From: Hydrolagus colliei
Taxonomy: Eukaryota
Length of the DNA: 64,000 nt
Direction of reading: 5' to 3'
Assembly: GCA_035084275.1 (NCBI GenBank)
Contig: CM068744.1
Span: 2,604,001 to 2,668,000 of the forward strand
Shown piece by piece: positions 27,101-39,773 of the stretch. Positions within the stretch are counted from its first letter, which is position 1; every line of letters starts with the position of its first letter. The translations under genes and the position numbers were made by a program. The notes beneath the pieces were generated by a model. The model was not told where the DNA came from, did not search any database, and saw only the letters and a program-made list of their open reading frames with translations.

Positions 27101-28683
27101 AGGTTTTAAAAAGATGAGACATTAAACTACAATTTTCAGGCTTATATCCTATTCCAAAAAAATATAAACCGGATCCTTACCGAGTTTCTTTCCATTTCTT
27201 TGGTGATTTTCAGGTGTATTCCATCGAGGAGAGACACAAACAAATTGTCCCCAGGAATCACTGATACAGTATCTTCATTGGTTCTCATCATAGTCCATGG
27301 AAGATGAGGCCGGACAGGAGAGATGTCTCATGTTTTCAATGATGGAGCATCCTTGTGTCCAGTTCTTGCCTCAAAAACAATCAACTTACCAGGGTGCAAG
27401 AATGTATTCAATACACAAGTAACCATTGAAAATTAATAGCTGCTTTATTTTGGTTCCAAAAGCTTTGAAAAATGCAACCAAATCCAGAGGCTTGAATTTG
27501 GTCATGGTCTTTTCCAAAATTCTCCACAACCTGAACTTTTAAGACAACGGTCTTCAGGTTAAGACCATGACAAATTTCAGGCCTCATGCACTTTGAGAAC
27601 TCCGGTGCTCCCACTTCATATCACAATTGGGAAATGCAGACACTGTCTTTAAAACACTGCCCCCCACCCGCCCCATGGGCACATTGCTGTCAAGTGTATG
27701 TGTGAGAGTCAGAGCAATAAAACTAAGGGTTGCTTCAAACAAATGCATACGAAAAAGTAACACGAGACACACATTTGCATGCATCATACCAAGAGACACA
27801 TGTAGCAGGACTCAGCAAGAAGGGGTCTCAATTATTTTATGGAATGTATTGGGTTTCGTGAATGAGTTTGAAATGAGTAAAGAGCAAAGATTGTTCTGTA
27901 AACCCAATGAAAGACAAGGTTGTATAGTTGAGGCAAGTAAGGTTTGGTAGAAATGGAGCATATTGAAAAGGTAGAGGAAATGAACATCAAGCAGAGCATA
28001 GAACAGAAAAAAGTGGGAGAAAAGAAAGGAAATCTGAGAAAGAAAAGTTAATGCCAGTTGCCTGATTTTGCTTAGTAGAGTTGCACAAATGAAGTTTAGT
28101 TTTTTTAAATGAACTATTCAAGTTGAACAGCTTCCAAGAAGTATAGGAAAACACGTCATTGACTTCCTCCATATAATTCAACCTGGAAAAAGCATTACAT
28201 AGACTCAGTGGTTGCTGCTCTCACTACAAACAAATATTGCAATCAGTCCATCCATTAAGGACAGTTATGAATGCAATAACGAATCATATACACATTGAAA
28301 CTGAGTCAAATGTAAATTATTGAGGACTGAGAGAATACCAACAAGAACCACAGAATAAAGACTATTCTCACATAACTATGTTCTTGCATTGAGAAGCTGG
28401 GAGATTGCTTTCCCTGTATACAGATTAGCGAATCATGCCACAATTCCAATATGTAATGCTGATCGTATGGCTTATCTCCAAGTACAGATTATTCTGATAG
28501 ATTGTCAATCACTAAAACTGTTCAGAGTGAAAATCACGATGAACATCCAACCAATACAGAAAATATGGGATCACACATGTTTCAAACTTATCACACATAA
28601 TACACCACAGGAAACCAGCATTGCTACTTACGTAAAATAGTCGAATATTGCAAAAGAAAACTTGAATGGAGAATGAAGCATAC

Positions 28684-28877
28684 CTGTGATGGCTTAGATT
28701 CCTGTTTGCTTTCATATTTTTCTAAGTCGAAGGACATGTCTAATCCATGATTTCTCCCATATTTCTCGACATTTTCTTCATGGTGCACAAAAGAATCGCC
28801 ATCGAATGCCACCCTCAGCTGTTGCTCTGAAAGGTTGGAGTCTTTGTCCAGGTGGTTGGTACAAGCCGCTGCAACTC
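28684..28877 (-). CDS. Gene B cN-I-like exon (homolog of exon 5, diverged, +9 bp)
   Basis: tttcag|(G)[64 protein letters not shown]|gtatg, 194 bp, frame preserved. Confidence 0.9.
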
Positions 28878-29129
28878 CTGAAACCACAGAAAGTTGTGGG
28901 TTTAAATAAATGAATTGCGGTTCCCGCACATCGGTTATCACACAATCGGTTTGGGTGAAGAAGGCCCCTTGAACTCATCATTCCAGAACACACACTTTAC
29001 CATATTCCCATTGCAACATCAAGTTGATTTTCAAATAAATCCAGTGTCCTGACCTCAACCACCCGCCCGGGTAACCTGACTCAATTAAAGGGTCAGTCCA
29101 AGGCCTGGATGAACACCAACTTCCTGCAA

Positions 29130-29475
29130 CTAATAATAATAATAATCCTTGCGTTTGGTATAGCGCTTTCACATTTTCTGGACACCTCAAAGCCCTTCAC
29201 AGAATATACCGTAAAGTGAATTGACCATATATTTGTAGGTGACTTGGGACGTCCTCCCGACATGAAATGCGCTCTATAAATGTAATTTAGTTGTTGGTGT
29301 AGGCAAAACGCACAAGCCAATTGTGCAAAGCAGTGTCCCACAAATTGTGGATTGAGTGACCAAATTATTATGGTGTTTTTGTGAGATTATTATTAGGTGT
29401 GTGGAGGAAGAAAACTTGCCCAAGGAATCGAACGTGCAAGGTGAGTGCTCTAACCACTGAACTACAGGACTACAG
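29130..29475 (-). mobile_element. SINE with an inserted L2 tail in the opposite orientation
   Basis: SINE tail and core interrupted at about 29240-29298 by cttgggacgtcctcccgacatgaaatgcgctctataaatgtaatttagttgttg. Confidence 0.75.
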
Positions 29476-30104
29476 GAATGTTGATCAGATAGAACCTATA
29501 CTCCTTGGCTCCCCATCAACAACTTCCCATCTGCAGTTCCAACCTCCTTACCATCCCTGTTCTACCCTCAGATTTACTGAACCTGTGCTGAACTGGTTTT
29601 GGCCCACAGCTATACTTCCTGCTCCACCTCCATTCCCTAATGAGAACCACATTACTCCACCTCCCTCTGCCGCAGAGCGGAGTCCTGTAGCTCAGTGGTT
29701 GGAGCTCTCGCTAGTGAGAAACCTGGGTTTCATTATTCATTTTGGATTATATAATTTCTTGGATTTCGATTACAAAGGTAAGTAAAGGAGGCATTGACTC
29801 AACAATATAGGGGAGGTTTCACAATAAACTGTATGATTCAAAGAACACCAAGGAAAAGCAAAGTAGAGGACAGCAAAATTATACATAACAAGATATCTAT
29901 GCACCAAAAGGGAAAGTTATAAATGATATGTACTAATCACTTATAGAGACAAAAAACTGTTTGTTATAATATAGAAACCAATATGTCAAAATTAGGAGGG
30001 TAATGTAAATTACATTGCAATGATGAGAAAGCTACTGAATTACAGGAAGAAACTTCCATTGGACAAATCACTGTTTCATTCAGCAATGCCTCAACAGCAT
30101 CAGA

Positions 30105-30410
30105 ACAACAACAACATCAACAGATTGCCTCTCACGTCGGGAGGACGTCCCAAAGCGCTGAACAGTCAGTTAAGGACCTGAGTGGGGGGGGGTTGGGGGA
30201 GGGTAGGGGGAAGGGGAAGGAGAGTAGGAGAGGGGGAAGAGTTAATGGGGCAGCCGAAGGCGCGGTCGAAGAGGAAGGTCTTGAGATCGGCCTTGAAGGA
30301 GGAAAGGGAGGAAGCGAAGGGGAGGGGCTGCGGGATGGAGTTCCACAGTGTGGGAGCAGAGAGGCTGAAAGCCCGGCTGCCGGTGGTTGGGGGGTTAGGG
30401 CGGTGGACTA
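30105..30410 (-). mobile_element. L2-clade LINE 3' end (young)
   Basis: GSRAFSLSAPTLWNSIPQPL..ASSLSSFKADLKTFLFDRAF. Confidence 0.88.
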
Positions 30411-30920
30411 ACAGAAGATAATTGGTCGTGGGAACCAGATCTGGAGAAGCTTTGGTATGTTTTTTTACAGCAACAAAAAATTCTACGACAAAAACAATAA
30501 TAACTTGCATTTATATAGCGCTTAACAGTGACCACGAGCACAGTCAAAGAGGTCTTCAGGTGTGATCTGAAAACGGGGAAGGAGGGGGCCAAGGCAGAAT
30601 GCTTGAGAGAGAGTATTCCTATTAACTCATGTATGAACCTGTATGTTTCTGGTTATAAGGGCAAAATAAGTATAAGTGGATTGTAAATTGTTGGCAACCG
30701 CTGATGTATAGAAAGTAGACAACAGAACACGAGTTACACTCAGCTGGTGCCATTAAAAATGATCAGTGTAACAGAAAGTGTCCACATAGCTGATCCTTCT
30801 GAAAGAATTATTGATAATTGGTGTGGATCTACACGGTAGTGCTGCCAATATTGAAATCTGTCAGTCTGTGATATATATACAAATGTTATTTCTGTGATCT
30901 ATTAGTTTCTTTGCCCTTAC

Positions 30921-31043
30921 CTTCGCCTAGTGCTTTTGCAACTTTTAAAGGATCTGATGACAGGTACAGGTTGGTATGATATGCTTTTAAATAATTGACA
31001 GGATTTGTTCCTCCTGTCATACAGAATCTTTCAATTGTCAAAC
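30921..31043 (-). CDS. Gene B cN-I-like exon (homolog of exon 4)
   Basis: ttttag|(G)[40 protein letters not shown]|gtaagg, 123 bp. Confidence 0.93.
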
Positions 31044-31844
31044 CTAAAACACAAATGGAAATAACAATTTAAAGTTTACGCTTGTTTGTCTCATCAACTG
31101 GTGTTAAGATAAGTGAAATATTGTATAAGAAGTGGAATTCAGTATTGGACAACAAACTTTACAATATATATGTCTAATTACTTTTTTATTTGGAGTCAAA
31201 AAGCTAAATTCAGTGATTTATATGTTGAAGAAATAATATTGAAGAATAATATTGGTAATAGTAACAAAATGAGTCAGTGAGATAATTCCTCACACAGACA
31301 AAGTTTTATGAGATGCAAGTCCTTTGCATTTAGATGGCGAGAGCACAGGCAGCTCATGAGATATTGTTGAATACTTTATCAGAACCTTAAATGGGGAATG
31401 GTAAGACCACTTGCTAAAAAAATTTAACAACAAAATTACATTTGGATAGCGCTTTTCACGTCAGGAGGACATCGAATTTTAAACTCAGAAAGTTATCTTA
31501 AATAAGAAATAAAATACAGCATTGGGTGAACTGGAGCTGACTAGTCATTTACAGATCACGCTTCGGGACGTGAAAGGCGCGATATAAATGTAAGCTTTGA
31601 TTGATTGATAAGAAAGAGCTTCAACAAGAAACTGAGGATCGGGTTCAGATAAAATACAGAGAGAGAGATAAAATAATTGAAACTAGAGGGATAAACATAC
31701 CAATATTGTATTGCTCTCACCTATATCGTACAAACCGTGGAAACTAAATAACAGATTGCAGTCCTGTTATAGTTATATAGTTTCATTAACATGTTTGCAA
31801 TGGTTATTAATGTTGGTAAAAATAAATGTTTTGGGTGAATATAC

Positions 31845-31974
31845 CATAATGATTGATGCTGTTTATCAATCTGACTCCTACTTGGGCATGGTTATTGGTC
31901 ATCAGAACAATGTCAAACAACTCTTCACTACCAGGATAAAGTTCATGTAGTCGAGAATTAACGGCTTCCATTGC
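31845..31974 (-). CDS. Gene B cN-I-like exon (homolog of exon 3)
   Basis: ttccag|[44 protein letters not shown]|gtat, 130 bp; 36/43 aa identical to gene A. Confidence 0.94.
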
Positions 31975-32119
31975 CTGGAAGGAAAGCATACGTTGCATTT
32001 CTATTAGACAATTATAATTAATTCAGGCCTTTGTATCTTAAGATATGTACAAAGCCATCCAACCCCACCGCCCCCCAACAAAAAAAAACAATTGCACAAT
32101 GAACTGAAGAATAATAAAT

Positions 32120-32460
32120 TATAATAATAATCAGTGTATTTGATATAGTGCCTTATAAAGTGTTCTAGATGTACCAAAGCTCTTCATGGGATAGACTGTG
32201 AAGTGAATTGACTGTATGTTTTTGTGGGTGAAACACAAGGCAGTGTCCCAAGGACAGTCATGGATTAAGTGATCAAATTATTCTTATTTATTTTTAAGGG
32301 ATTATTACCCCTGGAAAAGCAAACCACCAATTGACTAAAACTAGGATCCTCTAGGTAACAGAGGCATGAGGAGTAAAGAAATTAGGCCAACATTTCACAC
32401 AGCCCAGGAATTGAACCCAACTCTCTCATTTTCGAGGCAAGTGATCTAACCACTGAGCAA
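32120..32460 (-). mobile_element. tRNA-derived SINE
   Basis: Tail, core and head (gaacccaactctctcattttcgaggcaagtgatctaaccactgagc). Confidence 0.75.
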
Positions 32461-32892
32461 CAAAAATTATGCAAAAATACATTTCCTTGCATTCAGCGCT
32501 AACGCAAAGCACTTCTAAGGTAATTACTGTAGTATCAATCATAGTGACCATGTACAGTATTTTTAGGCAAAATAAATGATGTCTGTTTGTCTAGGTTTGT
32601 GTCTGTGACTGAATATCTTTCCTTAATATCGTAGAGCCAGAAACTCGAGACTCAACATTGGCCGGGAAAAAAAGCACAGATTTGAACATTGTAGTTTTGC
32701 ACATGTATGTATCTTGCACGAAAATAAATGAGAGGAAGTTTTATTTGAACCGATCCTAAAATCAATAGTTGTTTAAAAACAAATCCTGATGTGGAAGCGA
32801 TAATTCAGAAGTTGTGTGTGTGGCCTCTGTGTAACAGGTAAAAACCAACCTAGATGACAGAGGAAACAGTGAGGCTGAATGCTGACCCCTAC

Positions 32893-33060
32893 CTTGAGCA
32901 AAGGGAACCCATGTCCCTTCTTGAGTGGCTCATTTTCGTGATCCTGCTGGTATTTCACATAACACTCCAAGCCTTCCGCCTCGAAGATCGCCCTCTCATC
33001 GGTCATGTTGAAGAGCGTCCGTGAGGACACAGCCACGGTGATGGCATGCTGAGCTTTGGG
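32893..33060 (-). CDS. Gene B cN-I-like exon (homolog of gene A exon 2)
   Basis: ttttcag|PKAQHAITVAVSSRTLFNMTDERAIFEAEGLECYVKYQQDHENEPLKKGHGFPLLK|gtagg, 168 bp. Confidence 0.93.
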
Positions 33061-33200
33061 CTGAAAACAACCATTTAGTCTCCTCTCTCACTCAAATTGA
33101 CAGGCGCTATGCACAAACTTACCTGTCCTGTAAATTTCTGGATCACCTTATAGACGCACAGGCATTTTGGTGGAAAATGACAACACACAGATGTACTCAC

Positions 33201-33362
33201 AACTCTGTTTTTCTTCTTGGCTGAGGATGGTCTTTCTGGAAGTGGATTGTGACACAAATCCTGGTCATCCATAGTGTAGAGCCCACAATCGCTCATCTCA
33301 GCTGCTTTGCACTCCTTCCCGGCGACTTGGCGTTGAACGGCTGGCAATTTATTGCAATGGAC
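33201..33362 (-). CDS. Gene B putative N-terminal exon
   Basis: tctttgcag| acceptor, 162 bp open: VHCNKLPAVQRQVAGKECKAAEMSDCGLYTMDDQDLCHNPLPERPSSAKKKNRV, |gtgagt donor, phase 0-0. Ends in a basic patch like the cN-I exon-1 end and lies 140 bp upstream of the conserved exon. Confidence 0.7.
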
Positions 33363-34171
33363 CTGCAAAGAACAGGACTGTGTTGGGAGGGGGTTTGGGG
33401 AGATGTTACTGTGAGGGGTTTGGGGGTATTTTGCTGCCCACCCCTCCCCCCCCCCACCACCCCCCTTTCCTCCTACCCTGCTCCTCCAAGATGTTACCCG
33501 GGGGTAGTGTCACAAAGACCTACAGGTTGGTCATAGGTCAGTCCTGGGGTGTGAAAGACAATATTATCCCACTGCAAACACCAGAGCGAATAAAGATCCT
33601 TTCCTCTAGCCTGCTATCAGGGCGATACCAGGTTATTGGGTCCTCCCACTATTACATTAGTGTTCTGATACTCCAGTTTGTTGTTTTAGACCCACTTATA
33701 ATAATGATATAATAATAATCATTTGACATAGCGACTTGTCACTATGTCACTTCAAAGGATATATTTAAGGTGCAGTGACTGCATTTTGTGGGCAAAATAC
33801 AAGGGAGTTGTGAAGGACAAAAGGAGTTTGAGCAGTGTTGAAAAGAAAGGCAATCAGGAACAAAGCAGAGTTGAGGAATGAATGCTGGAATGTGAGACTG
33901 ATGTTCACTTTAGAGGAGAGAATGAATATTAGATTTGAACATACATTATTTGCAGAGGCATTGAACATCTTGGGTAGGGGGAGAATGAGATTTGAAGGAG
34001 AGATTTCCAAACAGAGTAATAATTTGGGACATAGAATTCAGAAAATGTTCATAGCACAGAAGTGTTGTGTCAGTGTTGGTGATATCTCTATCCCAATACC
34101 CTCGAAAACTTGTAATGATATTTTTCCTCAAGCTGTTGCCTAATTTTTTTTAATTAAGTGCTGTTTTAGAC

Positions 34172-34470
34172 TCAACAACAAACAACAAAACTTACATTTA
34201 TATAGCGCCTTTCACGTCGAGAGGACATCCCAAGGCGCTGTACAGTCAGGTAGGACAAGAGCAGGGCGGGAAGGATCAGGGCAGGATAAAGCATAGTAAG
34301 AAAAGTAACTGTATTAGTGGGCGAAACATGGCAGCCAAATTGCGCACAGCAGTGTCCCACAATCAGTCATGGAAGTGGGACTAGGGGCAAAAGGGGGTAA
34401 AGAAGCAAAAGGGGAGGGGTCGAGGCAGGGGGAAAAAAGGCAGGAAAGTCGACTGTATATTTGTGGACTC
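34172..34470 (-). mobile_element. composite SINE-like element (Deu-type core + different L2 tail)
   Basis: Same architecture as 54591-54830. Confidence 0.6.
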
Positions 34471-34674
34471 AGTTTCATTTGACAACAAAAACCCTCCCAA
34501 GCTACCCCCTTCACTTTTCAGTCAAAGTGTCAAGGTAATATTACTGAAGTTTGTGCAATATCTGATCAAGACCTCTAGCTCCCTCTTCCACCACTTCCAT
34601 CCACGCTCCCCACCTCCATATCTTCCAGTTTTATCCACTTTAACTTATTTTTCTATTGCTCAGGGCCTGGGTTA

Positions 34675-35070
34675 GGGTGCAAAGGAGATTTACCCAAATA
34701 ATACCGGGAATGAAGGACTTCAATTATGGGAGGCTGGGATTGTTCTCTTCAGAGCAGAGATGGTTAAGGGGAGATTCAATAGAGGTCCAAATTATGAGGG
34801 GGTTTTAGTAAATAAAGAGAAACTGTTTATTCTGTGTTGGTAACCAGAGGACACAGATTTTGGATAATTGGCAAAAGAACCAGAGGAGAGAAAATGATAT
34901 TTTGTTTTACCCAATATAGGCAATATTGATAGTACAATCTTAATGGGGGTGCAGGAACAGAGGACTGGTGGGTGGGGGGTTCAGTAAATCTTTGAAGGTG
35001 GCAGAAGTGGGACTGGTTGGATAGCTCCTTCAAAGAACCGGTACAGGGATAATGGGCTGAATGGTTCCAT
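34675..35070 (+). mobile_element. CR1 LINE 3' fragment
   Basis: ggctgggattgttctcttcagagcagagatggttaaggggagattcaatagaggtc (LGLFS.EQR.LRGD.IEV). Confidence 0.75.
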
Positions 35071-35477
35071 AATACAGTGACTTTATGTTGGGAGAACGTC
35101 TGCAAAGCTATTCCCAGGATTTACTGTAAAGTGTAGTGACTGTATTATGTTAGGAGTTAATTTTAGCACAGCAAATATTCCTCAAGGAGACATGAAATGA
35201 GTAATCGATTTTATCTCGGGAATTGCTAGTCGGGACACCGGGAAAAATTCCCTTTTCTCTTTGAATAGTACAATAGACGTCTCAAGGCCCATCATACCAA
35301 ATCCAAGGATTATTATTAGAAAGTTTTTAATGTCCAATTGAGCAGGCTGCTAGCGCAGTGGTTTAATATCTCATATGAGCAGTGGCACCTGGGACAATTT
35401 TTTATAATTTTAAATCTATTGTAGCCCTCCCCCCTAACCTAAAGTTATCAAAAACGTCAAATGAATCAGTTACTTAC

Positions 35478-35522
35478 CTCACTATTGGCCTTGAGATGAT
35501 GCTGGCGCATATTAGCTTCCAT
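35478..35522 (-). CDS. Gene B (divergent cN-I paralog), putative first coding exon
   Basis: aaacATGG Kozak context, MEANMRQHHLKANSE, strong GAG|gtaagt donor, phase 0 compatible with the next exon. No homology support. Confidence 0.5.
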
Positions 35523-37227
35523 GTTTACCCAACAAAATAATCCCTAATATGTTGACAGGATACGCTTCTTTGAGTTTAAGACAAGAATTATTTGTTGTTA
35601 CTTTATTCAAGATCATTATCCCTTTTCTGAATGAGTAGTTAAACTGAAGTCTTCATGAGGCTTGTGACTCAGACAGACATGAAAATTTCTGTGCCGCTAT
35701 TTCAATTAAGGTTAGAGATTCTCCGATTGCCCTGGCTCACAACACTCCTTCATCCAAATTCATCCACAAGACCTCAGAGTAATTAGTTACTCATCTTATT
35801 GTTGCTTGAGAGACATTGCTGGTGAAAATAACATGCCACGTGTCCTTACACGGCAGCATTCACTTAATTCCAAGCAGTTCTTGTTTTGCGAAACACTTCA
35901 AGACGTTCTTCCGTGTGCAGATGTAAAATGGTTTTGAAGTATCTGCTTATCTCCTTATCCTATCCTTCTGTTTGGGGACTCGACAGACAGTGTCCACTCC
36001 TGCTGTGTACCTTACTGTGTAATTGTTTGTTTTACAATATCTACTCTACTGGCAACTTCCTTGTGATGTCATAAAGAAACTCAGTGATCTTTACTCTTTG
36101 TTTTATCAGTGACTGTCCTCCTCAGAGGGGAGATGACCAGGGTGTCGTTGGGGCTGAAGTAAACACTCCAGACACTGTTGAAATATCTTATTAACACACG
36201 ATGATGATAATAATAGTCTTTGCCTTTGATATAGCGTTTAATCACATCTGCGACACGTCTCAAAGAGCTTCGGAGAATATATTGTCAAGTGAATTGACTG
36301 TATATTTTGTGGGCAAACCGCGGCAGCCAATTGGTTGTCCGGTGAAGATAACTTTAACCATTGTTTCCACTCTTCCTACTCTCTCTATCAGTCAAACAGT
36401 TGGCCATTAACTCAGTGTCGACACAGTGACTGACGCTGGCCACCTGAGTAACTTGTCTGGTTTAAGTGAAACCAGTCCTCAGTTGAAGGAAGAAAAGGAG
36501 TCAATTGGTTTCTAAAGATGAGGAAAGCCAAGGAGAAAGCTTGACAGGGAAAAATGAGATGTCGCAGCCATATAAAATTTATTGAAGACTGTTTGAATTT
36601 TAGTTTGCAGTGGTGTCTTAACACCCAGGTTTTCGAACAGCAAGTCACTAACAGTGGCTCCTGCCAATACTTGACATGAGTCACATCAACCAGTGATCTG
36701 TTTCCAATTGTATTGGTGCCTAGTTCCCATGCATCAGCGTGAGGTATATCTAGCTCCCAGCAGGAACCATTGTTGCAAAATGATTATATTTCCCTTCGTC
36801 CACCCCATCCCATGCAAAAAAAGAATCTTGTGATAGCGAAAGATGAACAAAACAGGCAACAAACTCCATGTATGCTGAATGATATTGACCAGATGTTCGT
36901 CTTGCAAGCAATGATCAGATAATACACATTCCACTTGACTAGACTGACTCTATTTCTTAGTACGCCAAAGTGTACACCTTGGCAAATTGTAGAAATCCGT
37001 CTTCATTTTGTAGTTGTTTTCCTGTGGGTTTAAAGAGCAGAAAACTAGCTTCAAAGATAAAAGAATTGAGCTCCATCGTAACATGGGAGCTTGGATCCAT
37101 AAAATCCCAACGTGAGGTAGCCAGTGTTGCTGTGAGTTTGCTCCCTGTAAGCTCGTTACTTCTTGCTAAATAACTTCCTGGTCACTAGATTGCCTCAGAC
37201 ATCACTTGCTGCGGTTTGTTTTTAAGA

Positions 37228-37625
37228 TTCATAGAACTTTACGGCACAAAAGGAGGCCATTCGGCCATCTAATCTGTGCCGGCTCTTTGAAAAGAGCGAT
37301 TCAATCCCACTGCCCTGCCCGCTCCCCATAGCCTAATAGACCTGTTCTCCCTAAATAAAGATCTAATTCCCTTTTAAAAGTTGTTATCGAATCAGCCTCC
37401 ACCACCTTTTCAGGCAATGCATTCCAGATTCGAACAACTCGCTGAGTGAAAACATTTCTCCTCAGCTCCCCTCTACTGCGCCTTGAAACTATTTTAAATC
37501 TGTGACCACGAGTCACAGATTCACCCACGAGTGGAAATAGTTTTTCTCTATTTGCCCTGTCGAAACCCCTCATGATCTTATAAACCTCTATTAGGTCTCC
37601 CCTCAATCTTCTCTGCTCCAGAGAG
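37228..37625 (-). mobile_element. CR1 LINE 3' end (young)
   Basis: RLRGDLIEVYKIMRGFDRANREKLFPLVGESVTRGHRFKI...RNVFTQRVVRIWNALPEKVVEADSITTFKRELD, plus 3' tail ggccgaatggcctccttttgtgccgtaaagttctatg. Confidence 0.92.
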
Positions 37626-37924
37626 AGTTTTGCACAACCTGATAATCAGGAAGTGGGCCTTGTTTTTATATATAGTACCTTTTTTGGTCAGCAGGGTGTC
37701 TGACACACACAGAATCCCACCCACACACTTAAGAGTAACCAAATCAAGCTGGTAATTCCATGCAGCTCACCAACACATGGAAATGGAATGACCACTCTCT
37801 CCTGGAGAGCTGCTTACCTAATTGCAAAATATATGGTGTAGGTTGGCAAGAGCCAAGGCTTGGGGATCTGTGATGTGTTGGGGGAACTGCTGGAGTCCAA
37901 CCTGCAAAAAACACATATCTTGCC

Positions 37925-38443
37925 TTTGACTGCCTGCCTGTCCAACATTGAGTCCTGGACGAGGGAGAACTTTCTCCAGCTGAACATCAGCAAGACTGAG
38001 GCCCACCCAGCGACTCTCACATTGGAAGGACATCTCAAGATGTTTGTGCTACAACAGCATCATTCTGCACCCTTCAAGGCCTCCCACGGTCTTGGCCCAC
38101 ACTACCACTGCAACCTCCTAACACCTTACCAACCTGTGCATTCTCTCTGCTCAGTGGGCTCCAGCCTGCTCCACCTCCCCACAATCCACCCACCCCACGA
38201 TCGGTGGGAGAGCCTTCAGCTATTCTTACAACATTTGAAATTCCATCCCGCAATCCCTCCACCTCGCCCCTTCCCCGGCCTCCTTCAAATCCTGCCTCAA
38301 GACCCTCCTCTTCGACCATACCATCGGTCACCCACCTTCCCTCCATGATCCTGACCCCAAATTGGGTCAGAACTAGTGACTGTCCAGCGCCTTGGGTCAT
38401 CCGCCCAACGTGAAAGGCGCTGTACAAATGTAATTTTGTTGTT
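37925..38443 (+). mobile_element. L2-clade LINE 3' fragment (internally deleted)
   Basis: CLSNIESWTRENFLQLNISKTEA...FKASHGLGP, plus L2 tail. Confidence 0.85.
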
Positions 38444-39739
38444 CACGGAGGATAGTGCCACAGAATGCTTACACAATTCATATAAGATTGAAACAATTCA
38501 ACAGCATCAGAAGAATAAGCTTGGATGCAAAGCGACAGAAAAACTGCTGAATCACGATGTTCCACAAGCCAGCTTTATTGAATTAGAAAAACATGAATTT
38601 ATAAAATAATCTGAGAAATCAGTTCCAGTAAACAGACCATGCAAAATAAATGTAAGTAGCTGCTAACCAATAGCAGTGTTTATATCTGTAAACCACAACA
38701 GTTCACAACATATTATATATCTTCTGAAAACCCATTCCACAAGTATTAAAACCAAGTGTTCCATCGAAACATGCTTCCAACAGGATTTAATTAAATGTCG
38801 CAAAGAAAGTGCTATAATGATACAGTACAGTAGATATAAATCATCTACACATACACAAATTCTCTAAAAGGGCAAAGATATTGAACAAAGGTGCACAAAA
38901 ACTCAACGTATACTGTATCATACTTGATTTTAAATACAGTGTATTCCACCCAGTTATAAATAATCATTTGAAGGAGACGTGTTATAATTGTTATTTAAGT
39001 TCATTCCATCTATAATTTATCGGGTGGGAGGGTAAGTGACAGTGGCGGTTGAGAGATCTTCTAGTCTCTACAAAATATCATCACTAGTAATTTGGGTTAA
39101 AACTGTTCAAAACCATTTTGTAGAGCCCGACATCTCACACCGGGGTAGAGAGAAATATTTTCACTCCCATCAGTCTGAGTTGGGGGTAAACCTCAGTCCA
39201 ATAAGTTGAAAGAACAATGTGCTACAATATTGCAGTCCCTATCAGATTGTTCTTTAAAAAATACTAATTTATTTGAAAAGGTTAAATATCTACATTCGTC
39301 AAAACAGGCTTTAGAAATCTGCCACTCTGAGTATCCTCAGAATAACACTGACTTTCATAAGCAACTGTTTAAAAAGGTAAAAATTGTGGTCACTGAAGTG
39401 AACAACAGTAAAATGTTAAAATGAGTTTCAAGGAATTTGCTTTAGTTACTAAATAATCCCAAGTATTAAGAAATGATTTAAAAAAGAATGAAAGCACAGC
39501 AATTAGGCATACAAATCCCCCAAGACTGTTCACTCGCAAATGATGACAATAATAGAATCAGTTAGAAAGTTTTTCGGTTTAAAGCTTTCCGCAAATGCCT
39601 CGTGGGATAACACCAGACCACACATTTGAAATGATTGGTGGTTAGAATGTGTGCAAAATAAGATGGTCTCAGCTGGGGCTAAACCAGCCTGGACATTCCC
39701 AAAATAGCATTCCCACTTCAGGGGAATCCTCCTGATTAA

Positions 39740-39742
<3 letters not shown>

Positions 39743-39771
<29 letters not shown>
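39743..39771. repeat. (TG)n microsatellite
   Basis: Seen directly in the sequence. Confidence 0.95.

Positions 39772-39773
<2 letters not shown>

Noticed and set aside
27181-27530. Minus-strand donors at 27180 and 27389 with short open frames
   Set aside because: No convincing acceptors or homology; not supportable as exons
3602-28683. Nested RDH14-like or other known gene in the long intron
   Set aside because: No SDR motifs (TGxxxGxG, YxxxK) or other recognisable protein in the ORF track
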